The notes beneath the pieces were generated by a model. The model was not told where the DNA came from, did not search any database, and worked only from the letters and a program-made list of their open reading frames with translations. A program made the position numbers and the translations under genes. From the NCBI GenBank assembly GCA_050084515.1, contig CM114271.1, forward strand, positions 42,656,001-42,720,000: a stretch of DNA of 64,000 nt. The letters are read 5' to 3'. Positions 51,709-64,000 of the stretch are shown in pieces; position 1 is the stretch's first letter, and every line of letters starts with the position of its first letter. The stretch is from Blasia pusilla (lineage: Eukaryota).

Positions 51709-53902
51709 ATAAATTTACAAAAGGAAATCACTTCTATCATGTGTAGTTGAATTAGAAATACATCTTACTAACAAGGATAGGAGTTCACATAATTATACAC
51801 AATGCAGGAGTTTCCACAATCATTGGATAAAAATAAAGGTTTAATGTAAGACCACTAATTATAAAATTTTATAATTAACATTACTTGTGTGCCTAAAAAT
51901 ATCCAATAATGGTTTGTTCTCATTGAAGAGTGTTATGGTATGAAACACAACTAATGAAAATAGTGGAATATATTTATTTATTTATTTGAATTGTAGTTAT
52001 GGTTCCTACAACATTTGCTTACCTCTAGTCATGCAAACTCCAAACATGTACAAAGAGAAATTTTCCCTAACATGGTTGATTTGTTATTAGCAGATATCAA
52101 ATAAGTGACGCTAGAATACATCAAAATCAGATGCCTCTATCATTAACCTCTTATTTTTGTCACCACCTAAAAGACCAAATATGCTTCCTCGTTGTATTGT
52201 ATGATATAATGAAACTCTTCTTATAGTTTTGTCTCTTTCCTTGGACAACTAGGATTATGTACGGATATTCACAAATAATAATGCAACAAAACCCTTATAG
52301 ATTCCACCCAATTCATCTCATGCATGCCTATCAACACACAAGTGAATATTTATCTGCATTCATTGTCATATGCATGAAAGGAACTATTATTAATCTATAA
52401 ATATGTAATTTCCCAAATTCTCTCAATTCTATTAGAAAAAATGCCTTCCAAACACGATGCTATTTTTATTAATGTATTTTTTACATCTTCTTTGAGAACC
52501 AAAATTGAGATTTCAATAGTAGAGATATATTTAATTCTTCTTAAAGATCTATTTTAAATTTGGTTTCTTACTCACACATCCTACACATGGACATTATCTT
52601 CTAATGACTCTTTATATACATTAATTGCTACAAATATTAGAACAACTCCTTTTTAACTATTTTTAAAATACAAAGCTTGCGACTATGTTAGTCATCCATA
52701 TTTTGAGTAATATTAATCACTTGTTCAATGTATTACTACCATCTAGACTTAAATGAGTTGCCTTCCAATTGAAAACTAATCTAATTCTCATGGGATCCAC
52801 AAAGTTGGATACTTCTCTATTATTTATCACTCACAATGGAATTGCTCCACAAAATCCATTCATACGTATATTTTTAATTCTAATTTTTTTTAAATATCGT
52901 TCACCTATGGATATCATTTTCTTGCATAAAAAAATTAGAAGCCAAAATTTAATATATGTGAGTCTTCTTTCATATTTCAAATTCTAATGATCCCATTATC
53001 TTCAATCAATAAAAGTTAACGCCATATTTTTTTAATGCTTTCGTATATATTGCCATCATTTTATCTCCATACACTATCACAATGTTTTTTCCACCAATAT
53101 TGATTTTATGGTTATTTTTTTGAATTGCCTCATTCTATTAACCTTGTATGTGAGTACTTTTCATAATTAATTTTCTAGGTTTTGTTTGGCTTTCAAAGAA
53201 TAGGATAAAGATGCCTTGAATCCATTCGACTCTAAAGTTGAGTTATCAAATCCAAGGATAATGTTTTTTGTAAATACTTTAAGAACAAGGTCAAAAGATA
53301 CTCAAATGATGTGTACCATTAGATTTATAATAAATTTGAATGGAGATTTGTCCACTCTGTCTAATAATGATCCACAATACCTAAAGTCTCAGGCCAAAAA
53401 GTTACCAATCCCATACAATCTAGCAAGAAAATGTTCAAAACAAAATAATTATATTATGGAACCTTCTCCCAATGAAGATATTGCGAATATTTATTTAAAG
53501 AGTATACAATAGTAAATATATTCCATTACTTAAAATGATATAATAATTATAGCATGTTTAAGCTATTTTATAGATTATACATTGTAAGGGAAACTGGACT
53601 ATAATATGTTAACAAGATGACAATGGAATGCTAATCTATATTTTTAAACAACATGCTTCTTCCAACAAGACAAAAGATATTTGTTTTATTCTTAGGTTGG
53701 AGACTTCCATAATGCGTATGTTATCTTCTTCTTTTTGTTTGTATTGTCTTTTAATGTGTTTAGATCATTTGATGAAAGATTTAGATAGGAGCACATGTGT
53801 GAAATTCTTTCCAACTTAGAATTAACCAGAAAAGATTAAAGAAAGATATTTGTTCCTAGTTTTAAAGGTTTTTGAATATATTTTCTAACAATATAATATG
53901 AC

Positions 53903-53940
53903 ACTAGTGTAAACCCATATAATACATGGGTTTAAATTAA
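53903..53940 (-). mobile_element. Helitron-like 3' terminus
   Basis: The minus strand reads 'aaacccatgtattatatgggttt-aca-CTAG|t', a hairpin a few nt before CTAG. Confidence 0.55.
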
Positions 53941-56580
53941 CTCCCACAATTAACTCATAAAAAATTCAAATATGATTTGAAATTGGTTCATTATGATCTT
54001 GTTGGTTCATAAAACGAAGGATCCTTTTGGCTTGAAGTGCAAAATATTAAGACGATAGGAGTTTGCAAAATGAAGCAACACTCTCCAATAATAATAATGA
54101 TTATAATAGAAATAGATACTTATTACACTAAATTGTTTTTAGTGTGTAAAATGTACGATTGAAGATTAATTCAGATATTGGTTCATTATTTATAATTAGA
54201 TCTCCTTGCTCATAATTAATAAAAAAAACCCTAGTGAAAATTTTATGCTTGGTCAAAATTTCACATATTAATCTAGTATAAAGTAATTATTAGTAAAAAT
54301 ATTTTAAATCATCAAAATTCATATCATAACCTAAATCAAATAGTTGAGCATGTTTTTATCAAGTAAATAGAAAATTTCACACAAATATCCTTAAGTCCTT
54401 GAGTACTCCTCAAGAAAGGAATCCTTCTAATATGCTTACTTTCATAGAAATCCATTTTTTTCATTATAATTAACTATCGTGCATTTTTTTTCAAAGAGGT
54501 CTTAAAGTAGGGAATGTGGGACACTTGTTTTTATTAAGTTGCGTGACAATAAGGGTATTTAAGAATGACCATACACTATGCTCAACGCTTGCACCTAGAT
54601 GTTTTAAAATTACATTCATATAAAGTGGATAGAGGGTAGGTAACGAGAGGTATGCAAGGACAACTTTTTTTTCTCATCCCGAAAAATAGGAAGGATAAAG
54701 ATTAGGTGAGATTTTAAATCGAATGAGAGAGATAGATGAAGGATGGCCATCAAAGAAGGTATGTGCATGGTTATCACTGTAAGGAGTGTGAGTGATATGA
54801 TTCTAAGTGTGACTTGTAGTTTATTTTTTCTCTCTTTTGGTTTCGTAATTTTTTAATATATGTAAACTTTTTAATTAAAAATTTTGGATTTTTTGGGTGA
54901 TTCAATGGCTTTCATAGAACCCCTTTCTTTTGTGTATGGTCAATTGTAGATTTTTTTTTATTTGAAATATTTATTGCCCATACTAGTGGAACGTAAATTT
55001 TGCATTTACTTCTTTTTACGGTGATAGTTAGCTTTGTTTACTAATGGCACATACATTGTTCATTTACGTCTTCTGGTGACACATATATTTGCTTCAACGA
55101 CAACTAAGTTGATTAGAATGGCTTCTTACTCATAATCATAATAAATATATGTTATCTTATGCTTTTATAAATTCATAATTGGATTTCGTGCAATACAAAT
55201 TGGTAGGTTTTCTTGGCCTCTTGTGGATTTAATATTGTCCTCTCTTTTCCTTCATCCAATTCCATATCCTATGTAGTGTAGATTTTCCAAAACATTCTAC
55301 ATCTTCTTTTCCATCCATCCACTCTTCTTGACTTCCTCTCTATCCACTTCATTAATTTAATCCTGTTGTTGGATTCGCAGTTACTAGACTGCGTTCATGA
55401 TAGGGTGTGTAAAATTCCGGTCATTCCTCAATACTAGAAAATAGCGTTTAAGAGGCCTTTAGGATAAGGAACATCAAGTTCATGCATATCAAAGTGTCAA
55501 ATTCAAAGGTTGTAGTAGTGCGGCATGGAAAATAATCCATTTGGGATTCTTTCCTTTTCCGTCTTCATTCTTTGCATTCTTTTTGTGGCCATGGGTAACT
55601 GTAACTGCTTTACAATTTTTGAATCACCATCACCACTTCTTTTTTTGGTGATTTCTCGTGTGTAGGTTTTTTCGACGACTTGTCTATCTTTATCTTTGCG
55701 TCAACCTACTCGACCTAGCTAAAAGGACTTAGGATTTTCTTTGTATTTTTTTGCCATTCTCATGAAGAAAAGTTCTCGAAGGCAGCCTATTAGTAGGACC
55801 AACTGAAATATATTGCAATGGAAAAAAAATCAACGATTGCGCCTTTGGAGTAGACAACTTTGTCGATAAGTGCTCAATGTCTTTCTTGGGCGGAGACTTG
55901 CTAAACGAAACATGCTCATATTTCATCATTGGTACTAGTATCATTCATCCAATACCTCCCATGTCATGTGTTAAACTCTTATGAGAAGGTCTTACGATCG
56001 CTCTTCCTTTGCCTCTCTAGTCTGTGCATGGCCGATTATCTCTTGGTTGAGGACTTTTTCTTAAAACTCCTAGGTCGTGGTCTTTTTCTTTCGGCATTAG
56101 CACAAATGTAGTTGCGTTGCGTATATATGAATTCTACTTGATGTGCATCACTACTTGTTCCTTCATTATCAGAATCACTACTTTCCCCTCACATTGTGTT
56201 TTCCACATAGTGCACACACCGGTTATAGTGTCACTTTTAAAGCTTGTTTCCAACGTAGTATGTCGTGGCCTCTACATTTTTCTTCATTTCCTTGTGCGCA
56301 ATTATATATGCAGATGAGATGAGATTAAGTTAATACATCTCGGGTTCCATTGGAGGCAGGGACAAAAAAAAGGGCTTTGAGGAAAAGCTATTGCTTTTTC
56401 GTTTTCGTGGGTAACAATTGATATAATAGTTGTCTATATATTGTGAAGAAAGGGAGAGTACTTCGCATGGGTGATTCATTACGGAGTTATATCAAAGGCT
56501 GCAAGGTATCCTTTTGCACACTTGTTTGTTTCAACCTGTACCAATGTTGCACATTTGTATCCCTATTATCATTTTGCATG

Positions 56581-56945
56581 CTAGTTCATTCGATCAATAG
56601 CAATTGAGTGTGCTCTTGCACATTTGCATCGCCATTACCAAATCCTACAGCCTAGTGCATTAGAGATCGACCTATTCTAGATGCTTATATTGCTATACTC
56701 TCCATTTTAATTCATTTAGTGTTAAGTGGGAGTTATTCGGGGGCACCTTTTTGGGTAGTAGTTCCTTCAATCTGCAGCAATTTAAGGGAGCTCCTACATA
56801 TTCATATCCATGTCATCATTTTTCAAAATAGTTCATTCAATCAATAGCAATTGAGGGCGCTCTTGCACATTTGTATCGCCACTTTTTTAATCCCGCAGCC
56901 CAATACGGTGGAGATGGAGCCATTCAAGAATATTATACTACTATG
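56581..56945. repeat. Diverged ~110-bp direct repeat, two copies ~250 bp apart
   Basis: 'tagttcattc.atcaatagcaattgag.g.gctcttgcacatttg.atcgcca' occurs at 56582 and 56829. Confidence 0.75.
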
Positions 56946-57441
56946 CTCACAATTTTAGCACAACCTTTGATTTCTTACCATGTGGAGCTCTTGTTACTCA
57001 TCCTGCTTCATACATAGTAGCACTTGATGTTCTTGTAACTTGACCATCGAGTTAGGTCTTCATTGCATAGGCACTTCTGATTGGGTAGCATGTTGCCACG
57101 GGATTGCCATTGCCACACGGTCGTGTTGCCATTGCGGCGTCTATGCACATAGTCTATCCGCTATAGGCCGACCTATCCTCCTCTCCAAGATGGCCAAGGG
57201 TGATGTTGATCCTTACGTTCCGTTTCTATATACTGCCTTCTCCTAGGATTTTTGTGTGACATAATCGCTTTTTCTTAGACCTTGGTACAGGAAATATGAA
57301 TCAACTAACTCAATTTCACGTTAGCTAGCCTAGGGCTATGTGCTTATACATGTATTTATGCTCTTGAACATTTCCCAATTGCAAATGCTCCTCCTAATAT
57401 TTAGGATACTATTGAACTCAATTCTCTATGGTTGTAGTCTC

Positions 57442-60400
57442 AAACTGCTAAAGAAGCATAACTGGTGGAAAACGGCTCTCACACTCACACACCAACATGG
57501 AGAACAAAATTTGCAATGAGAAAATGAATGGAGGTTGGTCCCCTTCTCAATTATATAGGATATGTACAAGCAACCCTAACCTTAACCATAGTCTCGAGTT
57601 AGACTAACTTTGATAACTAACGCTAGTTAAGATAATCGCCCTTAATTGACTAACCAAGATTAAGATCATATCGATATCTCTAACGCCTAAATTATTTCTA
57701 AACATCTCAAACTTATCTCTAGACAATGCCTTCGTAAAGATGTCAGCAATTTGCTGATCTGTACCTATATATAGAAGATCTATTTCTCCTACAAGCACTT
57801 TCTCTCTGATAAAATGATAGTGCATCTCAACATGCTTTGTACGAGCATGAAACACAGGGTTATTAGTAAGCGTGATGCTACTAAAATTGTCTGCATATAT
57901 TACACTAGGTCCTAAGTTACTAACACCAATCTCAACAAGTAATCGATGAAGCCACACTACCTCACATGCTGCATTGGTTGCTCCTCTGTACTCAACCTCT
58001 ATTGAAGATAAAGGAATTGTAGGTTGCTTCTTTGAAGCCCAACTTATAGCTGCGCTTCCTAAAGTAAATGAATAACGAGATGTGGAATGTCGATTAGACA
58101 CGCTTCTTGCCCAATCAGTATTTGTAAATCCCTCTAATTGAAAACTCAGAGAAGGTTCAAATTGAAGCCCGAATTGAATAGAGAATTTCATATACCGCAT
58201 AATCCTCCTCACAGCATCAAGGTGAGGTTTTTGAGGTGCTTGCATAAATTGGCTCACTAGGCCAACAACATAGCTCAAATCTGGTTTGGTTATAGTTAGA
58301 TAGATCAAACTTCCAACCATGTGCATATACATATTAGAATTTGCAAGCAACTCTCCTTCATCCACTCTTAGCTTCACACTCTGGTCCAACGGTGTAGAGA
58401 TTGGCTTACAAGCCGTCATATCATATTTTGAAAGCATATGAATAGCATATTATCGTTGTATTAACCATATGCTCTCTCCAACCTTGATAAACTCAATACC
58501 TAGTAAGTACTTGAGTTCTCCCAAGTCCTTCATATCAAATTCTGCTTGTAACTTAAGCTTGACTTGTTGTACCAATATCTTCAGTACTCCCAGTAATCAG
58601 GAGATTATCGACATACAACACAATGAGAATCGTATGATCTTGTCCTCTCAAGACATAGAACGAGGAGTCAGAATCATATATCCTAAAACCCAACTCTTGT
58701 AGGACGTATGTAACCTTGCCATACCAAGCTCTTGGAGCTTGTTTGAGCCCGTATAGAGCTTTCTTCAACCCGCATACCCGAAATGGAAACTTGGGATGCT
58801 CGTATCCAAGTGGTTGAGTCATATATACCTCCTCGTATAGATCTCCATTCAAGAAGGCATTCTTGACGTCCATGTGATGTAATCTTCACTTCTTACTTAC
58901 AACAATCACTTTTCTCATAGTCGCCATCTTTGCAACAGGGCTAAATATTTCCTCATAATCAATACCATATTGTTGTGCATAGCCCTTAGCCACTAATCTC
59001 GCTTTATATCTGTTAATTATACCATCTTGATTGGGCTTGATTTTGTAAATCCATTTGCAACCAATAGCTTCCTTACCATAAGGTATAACAACCAGCTCCC
59101 ATGTCTGTTGATATCTTAATGCAGCAAGCTCTTTCTCCATAGCTTCAAGCCATTCGACTTTGCTTGCAGCTTCTTCAAAATAACTCGGCTCCTGTTCTTG
59201 AAGGGTAGTCATCATATATGCCTGATGTGTCGCAAGAAAACCTTCATTTATGAATATATTAACTGGACGTGTAACTCTACTTGATGTACGAAGTTGTTGT
59301 TCATAGGTAGATGCCTCTGATTGCTCACTCGAGCTCTGACTAGTGTCAACAAATTGAATACGTACTCTTCCCATCCACGGACTCACAGATTTAATCGATG
59401 AATCTAGGATCTCTCCTAATCCTGCACTAGTATTTGGGGAAGTTGAAGACAATGTCTCTTGGTTTACAGTCATATTCTTCCCCTCAACAGATGAGTTTAG
59501 AGGTGGAATAGGCTCACATGGAGCATACCATGACTTTGGCTCATCAAAGACAATATTTCGACTAATAAAAGATGCCTAGAGGATGGAATGTAGCACTTAT
59601 ACCTCTTAGTTCCATCAACATAGCCAATGAAAATACATCTTTCACACTTGGGGTCTAATTTCTGACGTCTCTTAGAAGGAACATGAGCATAACAAATACA
59701 ACCAAATACTTTCAAGAAGGAAAAATCAGATTTACTTCGGTGAAGACTTCAAATGGAGTTTTATCATGAACTCATGCTGTTGGAGTTTGGTTGATTAAGA
59801 AGACTTTACATGCTACAGCCACTGCCCAATACACCTTAGGCATGTTCTTCTCATTGAGCATAGCTCGTGCCGCTTCAGCAATAGGTCGATTCTTCCTCTC
59901 AACCACTCAATTTTTTTATGGATTGTAAGGACAAGTCACTTGACGTTGGATGCCATTCTCACGTAAATAGTCATCAAACTCTCTTGAAAGATACTCTCCT
60001 CCTCCATCACAACGCAATTTCAAAATGTGTTCTCTAGTGTGCTTCTCTACTAGAACTCTGAATGTTTGGAACATTGAGAATACTTCTCACTTGGCTTTAA
60101 GAAATTATATCCATATATACCTAGAGGAGTCATCAATAAATGAAACAACGTACTGGAAACCACTAAGATCATATTGTGATGTTATCCACATATCATTGTG
60201 GATCAACTCCAATATCCTCGATGCTCTTCTACATTGCTTTGGAAAAGGAAATCTAGCTTGTTTTCCAAATTGGCAAGGAGGACATACCTCTAATGTAGCA
60301 TGACTCGCTAATTTAGGGAGTCCTATTATTATATTAGATGATGAACGACTCTGTAATCTTTGAAGATTCATATGTCCAATTCTTTTATGCCACACATTTA

Positions 60401-62555
60401 GATCTGTGACTTGTTGGCCAGTTTGACCATACATTGTTGTTTGAATCTCTGGCCTAGAAAAATCTAATTTGAATACTCTGCCAGATCTAGTTCCTTTGGC
60501 TATCGTAGTTTGGTCATCCATAATTTCAATGAAACAACCATCTGCGTTAAATTTCACTTGATAAGCCTGTTCTACTATCTGTCCTATAGAGATCAGGTTT
60601 CTTGTAATGGTAGGAACATAGAGAATATTTCCAAGAGCACAAAGATCATTTGATGCTATTGGAACTTTACCGGTATCCATGATATGATGTTGAGTGTCAT
60701 CTCCTGTGAGCACAATTGCAGGATCTTTCATCGGTTCCAAACTACTGAACCATTTAGCTTGTGAGGTCATGTGATTTGATGCACCGGAGTCAATGTACCA
60801 ATCTACTGTCGAGTCTTTCTTGACCATTGCTCCCATATGATGAGTCAAGACCAAGAGATGTTCGGTTTGTGAATGTTGTTGTTCTTGGTACTGCTCTTGG
60901 TGTTGTTGCTACACATAGTTTTGTTACTGTAAGGCTTATGTTCTCATATCTTCCTTCTTCTTCAAACAAAACTTTGCATAGTCATCCTTTATCCCACAGT
61001 AATTGCAAGATCCAGGGACACTCTACTGCTGACCTCGACGCCAACGGTTTCCACCATCACCACCTTGTGATTGTGTCTTGTACTGGTTCGTAGTTGATTG
61101 AGTGACGTTATATTGAGTGTTTCTTTTTACATATGCTTGATATCCATCACGACCACGGAAGTTTTTGCCACGACTCCTGCGTCTGTTTGATCCATAACCT
61201 GCAAATAGCGCACTCTCTTGGAAACTAAACGAGCTACCGCTGCCTACTAGGCGCATCTCTTCACTGATTAACAAAGGGACTAACTCTTGAAAGGTTGGAT
61301 ACTTCTCTCTCACAGAGATAGAGGCCTCAAAGGACTTGAAAGCCTTTGGAAGGCCTTGAAGAGTGAACAAAATCAGATCATCATCTTTTACTATCACTCC
61401 AATGCTATTCAAATGATCAACAATATGTCTGATACTCAAAATATAATCATTGATGCTCTGCGATTCTTTCCTCACTTTGTTCAATTGTTGTTTCAATTAA
61501 AACTTCCTGGCCTTTGTAGATGTCTAGAAAAATTTTTCCAATGTATCCCAAGCCTCCTTCGGAATATCAACATCTTAAACGGGACCTATCATAGGCGAAC
61601 TTATCGTTATTGAAATGTAGTGGATTATTTGCCTTGCGCGTTTGTTCCAAGCGCGAACATTCAAGTCTGTTGAGTCATCTTTTGGCTTGGCCTCATCATA
61701 TATGACAAGCTCCCATAGTTCTTGACCCATGAGAAATTGTTTCATGCGAAACTTTCAGACATTGTAATTATGCTTATCTAGCTTCTCGCCTGTGATTGTT
61801 GTTGAGGAATATTCCATGATCAACAATTTCACTCACAAGAACGTAATTTCATACTTTCTATTGCTCCAATTAAAGTATAGACCACTCATACATAGAAATC
61901 GTTGTGAAATTTCCAAAATTGATCAGCTATATGAAAGAACTAGTCGAAATTGGCATGTAGAGAGCAAACTGCACAACTTTTCACCAATAATTGCACTTCC
62001 TTACATTGAAATTGCTATTGTAAGAGCTCAGAATGTCAGAATTGAGCGATTTTGGTTGCGTTGGAAAACTCTCAACGAGCTCTACAAGATGGGATAGAAC
62101 AAGCGTGTGGCATCATTCTAGCTAGTATGGACCCAGATGGCTTAATCGACCGGGAAAGCCTTAAAAATACCTCCAAAGTTTTATCAGCGTCAAAGCTCCA
62201 CCTAAAATCTGCTCTGAATTAAATTTCCTTCTCCCAAACTGAAATTGTGCCTTCTCTTGCCTCTCTTCTCTCCTCAACCATCAAGAATTTCAAGTGATGT
62301 TCTATCGCTCTGATATCATGTGGAAAATTGCTAAAGAAGCATAACTGGTGGGAAACGGCTCCCACACTCACACACCACCATGGAGAACGAAATTTGCAAC
62401 GAGAGAATGAGTGGAGGTTGGTCCGCTTCTCAAGTATATAGGATATGTACAAGCAACCCTAACCCTAACCTTAACCATAGTCTCGAGTTAGACTAATTGT
62501 GATTAACTAACCCTAGTTAAGATCATCAGGCTTAATTGACTAATCAAGATTAAGC
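57442..62555 (-). mobile_element. Near full-length but pseudogenised Ty1/copia LTR retrotransposon
   Basis: Gag ATG at 61817 ('EKLDKHNYNV*KFRMK'). Protease 'WYIDSGASNHMT', GAG-pre-integrase 'WHKRIGH', integrase 'FIDDSSRY', SH3 'KVFGCICYAHVP..RQKLD', RT '[10 protein letters not shown]' and '[10 protein letters not shown]', RNase H 'FHARTKHVEMHYHFIRE'. LTR copies at 57442-57664 and 62319-~62555. Confidence 0.95.
62307..62318 (-). other. Primer-binding site (tRNA-iMet type) of the copia element
   Basis: The minus strand reads TGATATCAGAGC immediately after the LTR's CA end, one mismatch from the canonical TGGTATCAGAGC. Confidence 0.85.
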
Positions 62556-64000
62556 TTCCCTATTTCGTGTGAGTACCATATGTAGCAGTTCAGGTGTCTC
62601 ATGAGCTTGACTATGACTCAATCTTCAATAAATTTTTGTAGTCATTTTTTTTAATCTATTTTAGTTGGTGACTCAAACTACTTGTCTCGTGATCTAATTG
62701 TTGAAATCATAGCGTAGGTCAGTTAATGCGGGCCAACTATATTTGTGTGTTTTTAGTTCTTGATTATTGTTTATTTTTTTGCTCTCGTCTTTTGTGGGAA
62801 GTGCAATTACTATTGTGCACCAATAGGTCCATACATGCATGTTTGTGTATTTCAATGTAATCTTGTTGCTCATGCATATTTTGAATGTCTTTTGCAACAT
62901 GTGAAGCAGGACCACATAATATTGAGGACAATATTATGCTTGTTTCAAGGGCAGATTTTATCTATACATCTATAGTGCTGCAATTTACAAACTCTATCGC
63001 ATGGTCGTTTGTTTAAGGCTTTAAATACATGTGATATCTTTGTTCATAAGCCATTGTCTCATAGGTTTTGCCTCAACATCAATGAACAATTCCAAATGGG
63101 CCAAGTTCTTTTTTTTGGCAGGGTTTGCAACTATTGTGCTCTCCATGGCAACCGTGGTGTAGCACAAGTTGCATTTGCAACCATATAGAAAAATTCTTAT
63201 TCATTAATTAGATTATGTTGATAAGTTCATACTCTTTCCTAAGAATTACACTACTGTGTACAAGATTATTGTCTGAAGTTATCTATTCCATGTTGTTACA
63301 GTAAGGAGATTATATTCATGCAACATAGTTAACGACCTTGTATCTACTTAGTTAGATACGCTACTCTAGCTTCTGTACATACGCTAAACTATTAGCCAAC
63401 TTGGCCTCTAACAATTGGATGTTTTGGTAGAGTTTTTTTCCCTTTAAACAAGTGATAGTTATCCTCTAGCACTATTGTTGTATACAAAGGCATTGCGCAA
63501 GGATTAACCTTGACTCCTTTCCAAATAGTTCCCTTGCATTTCACAAATGGGATTTTCCTTTACTGCTGGAAAGTTTTCCATATTTAGATTTGAGACATTA
63601 GTAGATAATACATAAGTGCCCATTTTCTTGACCTCTACTTTGTCGAATGCCAACTTAGCCTATCACCCAAACTTACTACCGGTAAACGGAGATTCTTGTG
63701 TTAATTTTGGGCACTAGATGCTCTGCTACAAACAACAATCATAATTGTTGATGACATTGAACCCATTTACTTAACCTCTATGCGCCTATGCATATATTGG
63801 AAATCTATGAAAAGATAATACCTAGGCACCCTTAAATAGAGTACATATACCTGCTATTTTGAATTCTATATACAAAGAGGTTAACTCGCAAGTTTAGATA
63901 TTCGAGACCCACATTGCATAGGTCATCTAAATGGGTAAACATCCTAAGAATTATTTCAGACCTTAATCCTTGGGTTTATCTTAGCAATGGGGCGCAAGCC

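Noticed and set aside
62452-62478. Telomere-like aaccct repeats (also at 18033-18054)
   Set aside because: Only 2-4 units and located inside LTRs, so not an interstitial telomere array.

Overview
This is a eukaryotic, plant-type window with spliceosomal introns and a copia tRNA-Met PBS. The repeat content suggests a bryophyte, but the species cannot be called from sequence alone. It holds two host genes, both on the minus strand: a multi-exon cytosolic leucyl-tRNA synthetase (~9.4-24.0 kb) and a single-exon Pro-rich DUF4408/DUF761-type protein (45400-47907). The rest is mostly decayed transposons: two copies of one Ty1/copia family, solo LTRs, a probable MULE remnant and Helitron-like ends. 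The standout is a degenerate 9.7-kb Ty3/gypsy-type element (26935-36634, minus strand, TG...CA ends, AAAG TSD). It carries a DNMT3-like C5 cytosine methyltransferase domain in frame between protease and RT, and an intact PHD finger at the end of the integrase region. Its terminal repeats are arranged as split direct repeats (B-internal-A-B-A) with a circle-junction-like CA-GT-TG join. No tRNA PBS or PPT could be seen. All calls were made by eye; no database searches were run.
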